Shown: positions 38,651 through 46,718 of the stretch, one piece after another | Layout of the letters: every line of letters begins with the position of its first letter | How positions within the stretch are numbered: the stretch's first letter is position 1 | IMG/VR virus record: IMGVR_UViG_3300047388_000185 | Coordinates: 738-64,737 of that record | Source of the DNA: a virus | Lineage: Duplodnaviria > Heunggongvirae > Uroviricota > Caudoviricetes | Reading direction: 5' to 3' (one strand) | DNA length: 64,000 nucleotides | Program-made: the position numbers and the translations under genes | The notes under the pieces: model-generated | What the model saw: the letters and a program-made list of their open reading frames with translations, nothing else | What the model was told of the DNA's origin: nothing | Databases searched by the model: none

Positions 38651-41230
38651 ATGCATCACGTCCTCATTCCAGGCTTCGCCTGCGTCGTCATGGCCCCCGT
38701 TACGGGAGAGCCGGACTATCTCCAAGCTGCTATTGATGCGGCTTATCCGATCATCTACATCATCACCAACAACGGTGACAAGTACGTTCGCCGGCTGCAG
38801 CCAGGCAAGAATGCTGAGGGTAAGGATCGTTTCGTCACGATGAAGATCCCTACCATCCCAGGCTTCAAGGTCGGTGATATCAAGGAAGAGAACGCGTTTT
38901 TGCCGGCCGGCAAGATTCCGTTCGCCTTGATGAAGTCGGTCGAGAAGTTCTTCAAGGACGTGATCGCCAAGTTCGGCGATACGAATCTGGAATCCATGAT
39001 TTGGATCATGTGGAACCCGGAACAAGGCTACTTCCTCCACGTTCCCAATCAAACGGTGGCTGGCGCTGCTGTGACGTACGACTGGGGAAACCTGCCGGAA
39101 AACAGCAAGATCATTGTTGATATCCATTCTCATGCCAACTTCGCTGCGTTCTTCAGCGGAACGGACGATCGGGATGACTCCAACACTGTTCGCTACAGCG
39201 GCGTGTTCGGATACAACCGTCGACCTGATCCGGAAAAGAAGTTCCGGTTTAACTTCATGGACGTGAAGAAGATCGTGGAAATTGGTGAGATCTTCGAGGC
39301 TCCGACGGTCCAGGTGGAAGATACTCCTTCGGAATGGCTTGACAAGGTTCAGGTCACGGCCTACATCGCCGGCAAGGGTGGCGCCAGCTATCCAGGCCAA
39401 TCGCGTCACTCAGTTCATGGCGCAGGAGGAAACCCCAACGGCTACTCGCATCCTTCGTACTGGGATGGTCCGGACCCCGAACGCTACAAGGCTGTTAAGC
39501 CCAGTAACGCCACCGCAGTGGGGTTTCGAGGCGGCGCTAGGGGTTGGTGCTTGAAGGGTGGGGGATTCGTCTCATTCGACGACTGGGAGAAGGAGTATCC
39601 GGTTGCTCTGGCTGAACAAAAAGCAGAGCAGGCAGAGAAGGAAGCTGAAAAGCGGCGCAAGGCTGAGGAGAAAGCAGCTCGTAAGACTGGTACTTCGACT
39701 GAAGGAGGTCAGCAAGGAACCAGCCCTTTGGAACTAGTCGTTCGGGAAACCGAACAAAGCTTGGCCTCCCAAAAGGAGCAAACCGAAAGCAGACTCGACG
39801 CGACAAGCAACTTACTGCCGAGCGTGAACGAGAACAACTCGAGCAGCTTGGTAACTCGATTCCCCTCAACAACGTTTCCGTCGTCCCAACCCTCGAACAA
39901 TCAGACCTTCAACCCGTCATCCCGGGAACTACCCACACTGCCAGTGACGGATCGGGACTTCCAGGTGGGCCCGGGAGCCCGACAACTCACTGGACAAACG
40001 CAAGTGACTCCGAGTTCGAGGACGTCGTCTTCGGAGGCCCCTTCGACCGTCCAGTCCAACGAGAAGAGTTCACCAACAACGGAGCCCGACCCAGTGGTCA
40101 ACAAGGCTTCGGACACGTCGCAAACTTCGGATTCGACTCCGAAGAATACGACGTCCTCTGGGGGTTTGGCGGATCCTCTGGGGATTTTCACTGAGCTTGT
40201 CAATCGTCCGGTCGGCTATGTGAGCGAACCGCAAGAGGATGGCACTTACGTCCTGAAGACCGTCGTCATGGACTTTCGAGGAGGGGTCACGCAGGCTCAA
40301 AATGAGGCTCTGACCGAGCTCGAGCAGGCTACCTACCAGCAGGAACTTCGGGACGCTCAAAAGGCGCTCCAGAGCGGTTCTAAGAGCGCTCTTTTGGAAG
40401 AGACGGGAAAGGCACCGGAAGGAATTTTGCAAGTGGAGATTCCAACAGCACCGACCTTGGTTCGCAAAGCCGTGATTGGAAGTAGCGAGGTGAGCCCGCT
40501 GGGTGGAGGGTTTTTGCCGGCCCCGGTCAGTGCTCCAGTTCTGCAACAGCGTCAAACTGTTCCTACGGTCCAACAGCAAGCCCCGTCCCTGATTCGGACA
40601 ACTCACTCCGATCACGGGGTTCGGGTAACGAGTCATGTTGGGGAAACTGGTGGCGCTAGGAACGGCTGGACTCGGGATCAATGGCTTGCGCGCAATCGTA
40701 GCCAGAGATCTGAGCCCGACTACGTTGCAGGGGAATCGGTCCAGAACTGGTTGGATCGACGTGCTGCACAGATCGAACGAGATCTTGGCATCATGGGTGC
40801 GGCAGTGAATCCGATCAGTGAATCTTCGATCGATCGCATGCACGAACGGCAACGACAAGAGGATCTTTTGCATGACTCTGAGGAGTTGGCTACGCTTCAA
40901 GAGGGCGCAGCTATTCTCTTTCAGAAGTCAACTCCTTCCGGAGTCATCAATATCCTACCTGACAACGTAGTTACTTTGAGATTGGAGGAGGGTGATCTCC
41001 CCGCTTCTTTCAATGCCGACTGTGTTGATTATGGTACGGCTGCGGCTGGTGCAAAGGCTCTTATCGATGTGGCAGCCCAACAAATCTTCAGCAACGGCAG
41101 TTTGTTGCGAAAGACGGTACAGGGGTTGTTCGAGCAAGTCAACGAAGATGAGCGGCTTCCGCTATTCCGGACCCTGGCTCATAGTCTGACCTCAAAGGCC
41201 CGAGACGATCTTGGTGTGAACGGGCTCTAA
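38651..41230 (+). CDS. JAB/MPN metallopeptidase with a long low-complexity extension
   Basis: E..DIHSHANFAAFFSGTDDRDD (HxH-x7-S-x2-D). Confidence 0.88.
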   Translation: MHHVLIPGFACVVMAPVTGEPDYLQAAIDAAYPIIYIITNNGDKYVRRLQPGKNAEGKDRFVTMKIPTIPGFKVGDIKEENAFLPAGKIPFALMKSVEKFFKDVIAKFGDTNLESMIWIMWNPEQGYFLHVPNQTVAGAAVTYDWGNLPENSKIIVDIHSHANFAAFFSGTDDRDDSNTVRYSGVFGYNRRPDPEKKFRFNFMDVKKIVEIGEIFEAPTVQVEDTPSEWLDKVQVTAYIAGKGGASYPGQSRHSVHGAGGNPNGYSHPSYWDGPDPERYKAVKPSNATAVGFRGGARGWCLKGGGFVSFDDWEKEYPVALAEQKAEQAEKEAEKRRKAEEKAARKTGTSTEGGQQGTSPLELVVRETEQSLASQKEQTESRLDATSNLLPSVNENNSSSLVTRFPSTTFPSSQPSNNQTFNPSSRELPTLPVTDRDFQVGPGARQLTGQTQVTPSSRTSSSEAPSTVQSNEKSSPTTEPDPVVNKASDTSQTSDSTPKNTTSSGGLADPLGIFTELVNRPVGYVSEPQEDGTYVLKTVVMDFRGGVTQAQNEALTELEQATYQQELRDAQKALQSGSKSALLEETGKAPEGILQVEIPTAPTLVRKAVIGSSEVSPLGGGFLPAPVSAPVLQQRQTVPTVQQQAPSLIRTTHSDHGVRVTSHVGETGGARNGWTRDQWLARNRSQRSEPDYVAGESVQNWLDRRAAQIERDLGIMGAAVNPISESSIDRMHERQRQEDLLHDSEELATLQEGAAILFQKSTPSGVINILPDNVVTLRLEEGDLPASFNADCVDYGTAAAGAKALIDVAAQQIFSNGSLLRKTVQGLFEQVNEDERLPLFRTLAHSLTSKARDDLGVNGL
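39702..39755 (+). promoter_or_regulatory. Putative programmed -1 frameshift signal
   Basis: AAGGAGGT (39702-09), C CCT TTG (39724-30) in register, hairpin GTTCGG-GAAA-CCGAAC (39740-55). Confidence 0.65.
39730..40194 (+). CDS. Hidden -1-frame extension of the JAB protein (154 codons, no start codon of its own)
   Basis: Hand translation GTSRSGNR..QLTAEREREQLEQLG..SEFEDVVFGGPFD..FDSEEYDVLWGFGGSSGDFH*. Confidence 0.55.
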   Translation, partial: GTSRSGNRTKLGLPKGANRKQTRRDKQLTAEREREQLEQLGNSIPLNNVSVVPTLEQSDLQPVIPGTTHTASDGSGLPGGPGSPTTHWTNASDSEFEDVVFGGPFDRPVQREEFTNNGARPSGQQGFGHVANFGFDSEEYDVLWGFGGSSGDFH

Positions 41231-41263
41231 CAGCCGTTCAATAAAAGCTGTAAATGTTGGTAA

Positions 41264-41291
41264 AAGAAGGGGTAGGAAACTATCCCTTCTT
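41264..41291. terminator. Intergenic hairpin (attenuator or processing site) between JAB and E1
   Basis: AAGAAGGGGTAG-GAAA-CTATCCCTTCTT. Confidence 0.55.
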
Positions 41292-41321
41292 AGCCGTTCC
41301 ATCCACATTCGAGGTATTTCC

Positions 41322-42572
41322 ATGTTTGCATATTTCCCCCACTTTCTACCAACTTCGATTGTTGTGATTGGAGCGGGTGGGACAGGATCTAGACTGATTC
41401 CCCCGATGGCACAGTTGATCAAAACGTGTCTTCGCAAACACAACCCAGCAGCAATGCTGGACAAATGTGATATCTACGTCATTGACGGAGACATCGTAGA
41501 AGAGAAGAACCTGAGTCGTCAGAACTTCATCACGCCAGACGTCGGTCGTAACAAGGCTTTGGTTGTGGCGGAGAGATACGCTCGAGCGTTTGGTATCAAT
41601 GTCATCCCCTGCACGGAATTTTTGACGCCCACGACGAGGCCGACATTTGATGGTCCGGCTGGAGAAATCGCCTTCAAAACTGTATTTGAAAATGCAGTTG
41701 TGATCTTTTGCGTTGACTCCGCAAAGGCTCGCAAGGAGATTCTCCAGTTCATGAATAAGTACTGCACATCAAATCTCTTCGTTATCGACGCAGGAAACGA
41801 AGATGACTTCGGGCAGATCAAGATGTTCACCGGCCATTTGCTGCTGAACTCTGGATCCGAGACGAAGAAGACTCTGGCCGGCATGCCGAAGGATGTCCCG
41901 TGCTCGTTGACGACGGGGTTCATTCCAATGGACTTCGAGTACTACGAAAATCTCGGTGAATCGGTGAGTGAACGGAGTTGCGCTGATCTGCCACAAACTC
42001 TGGCTATCAACACGATGATGGCAACGTTGATTCTGTGTACGTTGCAGAACTTCATGCAGCTTCGCCCCATGACTTACGATGGTCAAAGCTACAGTCTCAC
42101 GGGGGGAACTTCAACCAGTTGGAATACCCCTCGACGCTGGGCTCAACGGGTCGTGGATTGGGACAATGCGAAGGCGGCCCATCATAACTTCATTCGAGGA
42201 AATGGTCGGATCAATGCGGGTACCGCTCTGAAGGCCAGCGGGGACGAAAATGGAGACATTTTCTTCAAGCTGCGAAACGAAGCGAAAGCCAGCTATAAGG
42301 CGTCGGGAATGAGGCTACTCAGCTCCGGTGAATTGGAGCAGATCGCACCGCCTCCTCCTCCGGAGATGAAGGTCGTGGCTGAAATTCCAGAAGCACCTGT
42401 TCTGAAAACGATCCCTACGATTGAAATTCCGGAGGCAGCACCAGCCCAGGTACCGACGGCACCGCCGTTGGCTCGTCGCACGCGGACACTTCGAGAAGTG
42501 GCTGTCGAAGTGTTTACGGCGGAGGACTTGGTTGCCACTGCTCTTCAACCGCCAGCGCCCTTCGATTTCTAA
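41322..42572 (+). CDS. E1-like ThiF-family adenylyltransferase
   Basis: VVIGAGGTGS, DGDIVEEKNLSRQNF, GRNKA, CVDS..AR, DAGN and SCAD..QTLAIN. Confidence 0.92.
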   Translation: MFAYFPHFLPTSIVVIGAGGTGSRLIPPMAQLIKTCLRKHNPAAMLDKCDIYVIDGDIVEEKNLSRQNFITPDVGRNKALVVAERYARAFGINVIPCTEFLTPTTRPTFDGPAGEIAFKTVFENAVVIFCVDSAKARKEILQFMNKYCTSNLFVIDAGNEDDFGQIKMFTGHLLLNSGSETKKTLAGMPKDVPCSLTTGFIPMDFEYYENLGESVSERSCADLPQTLAINTMMATLILCTLQNFMQLRPMTYDGQSYSLTGGTSTSWNTPRRWAQRVVDWDNAKAAHHNFIRGNGRINAGTALKASGDENGDIFFKLRNEAKASYKASGMRLLSSGELEQIAPPPPPEMKVVAEIPEAPVLKTIPTIEIPEAAPAQVPTAPPLARRTRTLREVAVEVFTAEDLVATALQPPAPFDF

Positions 42573-42580
42573 GTCAACGA

Positions 42581-42613
42581 GAAACGCCCCGATAATTCGA
42601 GGCGTTTTCTTTT
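42581..42613. terminator. Terminator between convergent genes
   Basis: GAAACGCC..GGCGTTTT followed by CTTTT. Confidence 0.7.
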
Positions 42614-42626
42614 AGTTTTCCAAGAT

Positions 42627-43025
42627 TTAACTGATACGTTCTCTGCTCGACTGAAGCAGTGAATCCAGGGCAGTATGAGTCGCCAAGGTTGTACCATTTT
42701 GACGTAGGATGGTCAAGGTTCCAGTTGTCTTATCCCACGTCCAACTGCCAAGGGCTTCGTCCTCGATATTGGCTACCATCTGCGAAGTCAACTTAGAAAC
42801 GCAGGGAATTCGGAATTGGATAATGCCGAACGCATAGAGAGAGTAGATACCCGTCGCGGTCGGAGTAAAAGATACGCTCCAAAAGGGGGTTGAGCCCTGA
42901 TGCACGAATGTTGGGGTAATCCCGGATGCTGCACCGTTTAAATATAGGGCGCCATTCGGGGCCGTAGTGGTATCCGGTCCAGCAACAACCGTAGTAAATA
43001 CAGCGTTAATTGCAGCTTCAAGCAT
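42627..43025 (-). CDS. Hypothetical virion protein
   Basis: Beta-rich (WSVSFTPTATGIY); coupled to the upstream gene. Confidence 0.6.
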   Translation of the reverse strand: MLEAAINAVFTTVVAGPDTTTAPNGALYLNGAASGITPTFVHQGSTPFWSVSFTPTATGIYSLYAFGIIQFRIPCVSKLTSQMVANIEDEALGSWTWDKTTGTLTILRQNGTTLATHTALDSLLQSSRERIS

Positions 43026-43539
43026 GGCTAAGTCCAGTCATATGATCGATGTACGCCTTGAGGCCAATCTCTTTGAGCTTGGTATCTTCTTCGGTCTGGC
43101 CTGGCTTGAGGAGTTTAGGTTCGATGAATTCGAATGGAGCCAGAGGCTGAGAGAATCCATCCTCGTTTAGAAAGTACTCCAAGGTCGCTTTAAGTTCGTC
43201 CGTCGGTTCCCAAGTCTGATCGGATAGCGTGGCAATCCGTTTCGCCTGCTCTATAGTCCAAGCCAACTCAAGGCTAGTCGGTATCGTGATTGTCTCAAAC
43301 TCAGCGGGTTCATTGTTTACCACAGAAGTCATCCACAGCAGGAATTCTGGATAGGCTAGAACTTTATTGATGCCATACATACAGATTTGCAGAACGTTGA
43401 TCTTCTCGATCAAGAGGGGTTCCGTCTCACCTAATTCGATCATGATCGTGACCGGATCGTAACTCGGCCAATCTTCTGGTTCGATGACAGTGTCTAGAAC
43501 TTTCAGTAGTTCGGCAAGGGAAATATCACGATTTAGCAA
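43018..43539 (-). CDS. Hypothetical protein
   Basis: Acidic 173-aa ORF in a minus-strand operon. Confidence 0.65.
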   Translation of the reverse strand: MLNRDISLAELLKVLDTVIEPEDWPSYDPVTIMIELGETEPLLIEKINVLQICMYGINKVLAYPEFLLWMTSVVNNEPAEFETITIPTSLELAWTIEQAKRIATLSDQTWEPTDELKATLEYFLNEDGFSQPLAPFEFIEPKLLKPGQTEEDTKLKEIGLKAYIDHMTGLSHA

Positions 43540-43547
43540 TTGAAGGC

Positions 43548-44438
43548 TCAGCAGCTTTTGATAACAGAATTCAGAACACTATGCATATCGGCAGGAAGGG
43601 ACTCGATGACAGCCTTGGCTGTATGCGGATCCGAAAGACTAGAGGCCACATCAGCACCGAGATAGTTACTGAGATGATGTTTCGGAATGCGCATGATTCT
43701 CTCGATTGGATATTCTTGTTTACCAACTTTGACCTTAACAGACTTGGCCGCAGCAGTCTTAGTCAGCAAACACTCTTTGTAGATATCGAAGCCTTTCCAA
43801 TCAAGACCAGCCAATTTATCCATGCCTGTGATGGTTTCACAGAAGTTCTTAACCAGAGGGCCAGAAGGAACCAGAGATTCTTCCATACCCAACGCAGCAG
43901 CGAGCTTAACAAACATATCATTCTTTGTCAAGGCATATCGCTGATGAAGACCGTTGATAGCAGCTTCCTTATCCATCCATGCGTCGCACGAATATCGCAG
44001 TACGTGGTCAGCCGGCTCTTGTCCCAGGGTGCGAGCTTCTTCCAATAGGACTTCAGCTTGTTTGACAAGGCCTTGAATGTCCTTGTATCCACAGAGTCCC
44101 GCTTCCATTTGAGCTTGCTTTTCAAGATAGGCTTCAGGGGCAACAGCAATACTAGCTGATTTCTCCATACGGCCATTATGCTCAGAGACCATCTCCGCCG
44201 AGATACGGCTCACAACTTCGCCTAAGTCATAAACTTCAACCGCCATGGCAACCTTTTCCATGATATCAATATCCACGGACTTGCCGAGAATATCAGTCTC
44301 ATAAGCAACCCGCAGAGCCGACGCAATCGCATCACTCTTGTTGCTCAGAGGATAGTCCTCTTCGTAGTGAGCTTGCTTCAGAAGCGGAAAGGCTTCCGGC
44401 ACAAGGGTGAGGATTTGTTTGATTGAGTAGGAGATCAT
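43548..44438 (-). CDS. K-x-A motif-rich putative head protein
   Basis: LKQA, EKVA, EKSA, EKQA, VKQA, DKEA, VKLA, DKLA and TKTA. Confidence 0.65.
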   Translation of the reverse strand: MISYSIKQILTLVPEAFPLLKQAHYEEDYPLSNKSDAIASALRVAYETDILGKSVDIDIMEKVAMAVEVYDLGEVVSRISAEMVSEHNGRMEKSASIAVAPEAYLEKQAQMEAGLCGYKDIQGLVKQAEVLLEEARTLGQEPADHVLRYSCDAWMDKEAAINGLHQRYALTKNDMFVKLAAALGMEESLVPSGPLVKNFCETITGMDKLAGLDWKGFDIYKECLLTKTAAAKSVKVKVGKQEYPIERIMRIPKHHLSNYLGADVASSLSDPHTAKAVIESLPADMHSVLNSVIKSC

Positions 44439-44439
44439 A

Positions 44440-45090
44440 TTAGTTAGGGCGATTGATATCTGGCTGAGTCTTATTCAAGTGCTTGATTTCGTTTTGGGCA
44501 TGCTCGGCGTAATGATCCATAACAAATTCGTCAGGCTTGAAGTTTTCTTCCATCTCTTTACGAACCCGTTGCAAAATTAGATTGGAAGTGAGAGTGTTTC
44601 GTTGATGAATATTGTCAGCGGACAATACCCCGATTGCATTAGTTGTCGTAGGATCTTTCATGACGTTTTCCAGGTTATCCCGGACTGCCTGACGATGAGC
44701 TAGGGCTTGCTTTGCCTGCATATACGCAAGCATGCTGCCAACGCCAACGCCAATAACGGCTCCGCCAAGTCCAACTTTTAACACAGTGGAAGCATGAAGG
44801 CCCGGAAGTACTCCTCTGAGAGAACCTTTTAGTCCCAACGTAAGGGCTGCGGGAAGCACGGGCCAGGCGTTCAACAGTGCACTGGTAGCATAGTACTTCT
44901 TTTCTCCGGGAGTCAAGCTTTCACTAGAACCCGCATGAATTTCCCCAGCATACTTCTTGATCGCCTCAATCTTGTCATAGACTTTCATCGACTGCCAGGT
45001 AGGATCTCCCAGCAACGCAGTCATATCTACGCCCGTGCGCTTGTAGTAGGCAACAAGGCTAGAAATGATATCTTCATTGGTGATCGGCAT
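44440..45090 (-). CDS. Hypothetical protein with two hydrophobic segments
   Basis: TAAAAT-N6-ATG start; VGLGGAVIGVGVGSMLA segment. Confidence 0.65.
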   Translation of the reverse strand: MPITNEDIISSLVAYYKRTGVDMTALLGDPTWQSMKVYDKIEAIKKYAGEIHAGSSESLTPGEKKYYATSALLNAWPVLPAALTLGLKGSLRGVLPGLHASTVLKVGLGGAVIGVGVGSMLAYMQAKQALAHRQAVRDNLENVMKDPTTTNAIGVLSADNIHQRNTLTSNLILQRVRKEMEENFKPDEFVMDHYAEHAQNEIKHLNKTQPDINRPN

Positions 45091-45099
45091 CTCGAGATT

Positions 45100-45657
45100 T
45101 TAACCTGTCAAGTCTTCAAGGACTTCCATCAAGTCTGTGTGCAAACAGGGGGTGTTGGCGGTGTTGATAACAAAGCTAGTTTTGATACGATCAGGATAAT
45201 CATTTGAAGAGGGTAGATATTTGTTAGCGATGAAGTAGAAGTCCCATCCCTGTCCGATGGCAAACGCTGAGATAGCAAGTATGTCAAACTGCCCCCGCTC
45301 CAAGCACTTCGTCGAAGTCCCGTCTTCTATAGTCCGGGAGTCAGAAGCCCCGACTTGAACAGTTCCTACCCAACCTCCATTTAATAGATCTTCCTTGACA
45401 GACGCTGTTTTTAAGCTCTTGACTTCAATGGTTAATTCCCTGCCTTTATACATGAACTGAAAGTCGCCTTTCTTAGCGTCATGATCTCGAATCTTTTCTA
45501 CTTCAGAAAGTTCAGACATGGCAGCGAGTTTTCTCTTAAGAAACATTTCGGCCACATAACCTTGAAGGTACCCTCGCAGAGAAGGATTTTCAGTGGCTAG
45601 ATCCTCAATGTCTTCAAGAGAGACTCCCACTAGTAGATTTTTGCCAGAAATTTGCAT
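45100..45657 (-). CDS. PD-(D/E)xK restriction-endonuclease-like nuclease (start probably 45657)
   Basis: GYVAE..KGDFQF..IEVKS motif; TTGACT-N18-TACACT-N6-ATG. Confidence 0.7.
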   Translation of the reverse strand: MQISGKNLLVGVSLEDIEDLATENPSLRGYLQGYVAEMFLKRKLAAMSELSEVEKIRDHDAKKGDFQFMYKGRELTIEVKSLKTASVKEDLLNGGWVGTVQVGASDSRTIEDGTSTKCLERGQFDILAISAFAIGQGWDFYFIANKYLPSSNDYPDRIKTSFVINTANTPCLHTDLMEVLEDLTG

Positions 45658-45702
45658 TCTACCAGTGTAACCTGATGGATCCCACAGAGTCAATAGTTGG
45701 GC

Positions 45703-45731
45703 TCAATAATCGCCGTATTCCTGGTATAAGA
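45703..45731 (+). promoter_or_regulatory. Phage promoter motif TCAA-N16-GGTATAAGA (copy 2, RT island)
   Basis: Match to the shared motif. Confidence 0.75.
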
Positions 45732-45787
45732 ACGTATCAGGCAACATAGCCTGTTTTCTCAATAATAACAATAAGAACGAGTACTTC

Positions 45788-45925
45788 ATGTTTGAAAAAC
45801 TTCTCCCCTATCTCCACCTCGGCATCAACTTTCTCAACGGACTGCTGGACTTTGTAGCAGAACTTCTGAGGCTGCTGGTGAACGCGGAGGAGACAATCTC
45901 TGGACATCAAACGACTGCTTTCTGA
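45788..45925 (+). CDS. Possible 45-aa amphipathic peptide MFEKLLPYLHLGINFLNGLLDFVAELLRLLVNAEETISGHQTTAF
   Basis: Translated by hand; A-rich leader upstream; below the ORF-track length cutoff. Confidence 0.4.
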   Translation: MFEKLLPYLHLGINFLNGLLDFVAELLRLLVNAEETISGHQTTAF

Positions 45926-45966
45926 TTGTCAGAACGGTTTGATATCGTAGAGTCATAGGTCACCCG

Positions 45967-45991
45967 GGGCTGCAACAGCCCTATTTTTATT
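45967..45991 (+). terminator. Terminator-like hairpin upstream of the ORF237-RT pair
   Basis: GGGCTG-CAA-CAGCCC followed by TATTTTTATT. Confidence 0.6.
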
Positions 45992-46004
45992 AAGGATTTC
46001 TCTC

Positions 46005-46718
46005 ATGACAAACACCTTGAAAAACTACGGGCCACAACAAGCCCTCAATCCGGCAAACTTCATCCGGCAAAACGCCGAGGGGCTCGGACTTACGACCGAA
46101 GATCTGAAAGTTTCTTTTGAGACGATCATACCTCTACCCAAAGGCGCAGCGGGGACCCCAACTCTTGTCAGAGCCTCGAAGAAGTACATTGTACCTTTCA
46201 ATGGGAAATTCTATTCATATCCTATGGTGTTAGTAGACCACCCAACGAGCAGAGACCTGCTGAAGATCCAAGCTCCGATTCCAAACATTCTCCGAGAGGG
46301 AATGGTAGTTGTGGGCGGTGAAGTTCTGTTTGTCAAGTTAGAAGATTTGAAGAGAGGGATCGTTCGAAAGAGCAGAAAACTGCCGATCCCACCGAAACGC
46401 ACGATCACGTATAAAGACTTCATCGATGGACTTGCTTGTACCCAATCCGCCGACCTCCCCGTCGACCATTACTACTCTACTGCCTCCGTCGTCAAACGCC
46501 GAGCAGCCCTTGACGCCGCCGCCGGATGTTCGCCGACCCCTGGACCTGAAGAAGCTGGGGCACCTGTCGATCTCCTCCCACGAGGAGATGAAGGCTCAAT
46601 TGACCTGGACGAAGAATCTAGGCTCATTAACCTGGCTTTCCAGGAGCAAGTCGGATCACTATACTGTGATCCGAATGAAGAAGAAGACTGGCAAGACGAG
46701 GACGATTCACAATCCTGA
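46005..46718 (+). CDS. Hypothetical protein with an acidic tail, overlapping the RT (candidate RT partner)
   Basis: TAAGGA RBS; 237 aa; the last 293 nt overlap the RT ORF. Confidence 0.7.
   Translation: MTNTLKNYGPQQALNPANFIRQNAEGLGLTTEDLKVSFETIIPLPKGAAGTPTLVRASKKYIVPFNGKFYSYPMVLVDHPTSRDLLKIQAPIPNILREGMVVVGGEVLFVKLEDLKRGIVRKSRKLPIPPKRTITYKDFIDGLACTQSADLPVDHYYSTASVVKRRAALDAAAGCSPTPGPEEAGAPVDLLPRGDEGSIDLDEESRLINLAFQEQVGSLYCDPNEEEDWQDEDDSQS

Larger units (their letters stand above)
45737..45991 (+). ncRNA. Candidate RT-associated RNA / structured leader
   Basis: Bounded by a promoter and a terminator; several hairpins; upstream of a retron-type RT. Confidence 0.4.

Noticed and set aside
38582-39409. 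275-aa antisense ORF over JAB (also 40070..40900)
   Set aside because: Antisense shadow of a codon-biased gene, with no recognisable motifs or expression signals
39744-39750. GGGAAAC as the JAB slippery site
   Set aside because: Out of register with the JAB frame and part of the hairpin; CCCTTTG is the in-register site
45750-45925. Recurring AACTT(T)CT(C/G) words upstream of the RT as a possible CRISPR-like or tandem array
   Set aside because: Only 7-8 nt, degenerate and irregularly spaced; explained by Leu/Phe codons of the small ORF
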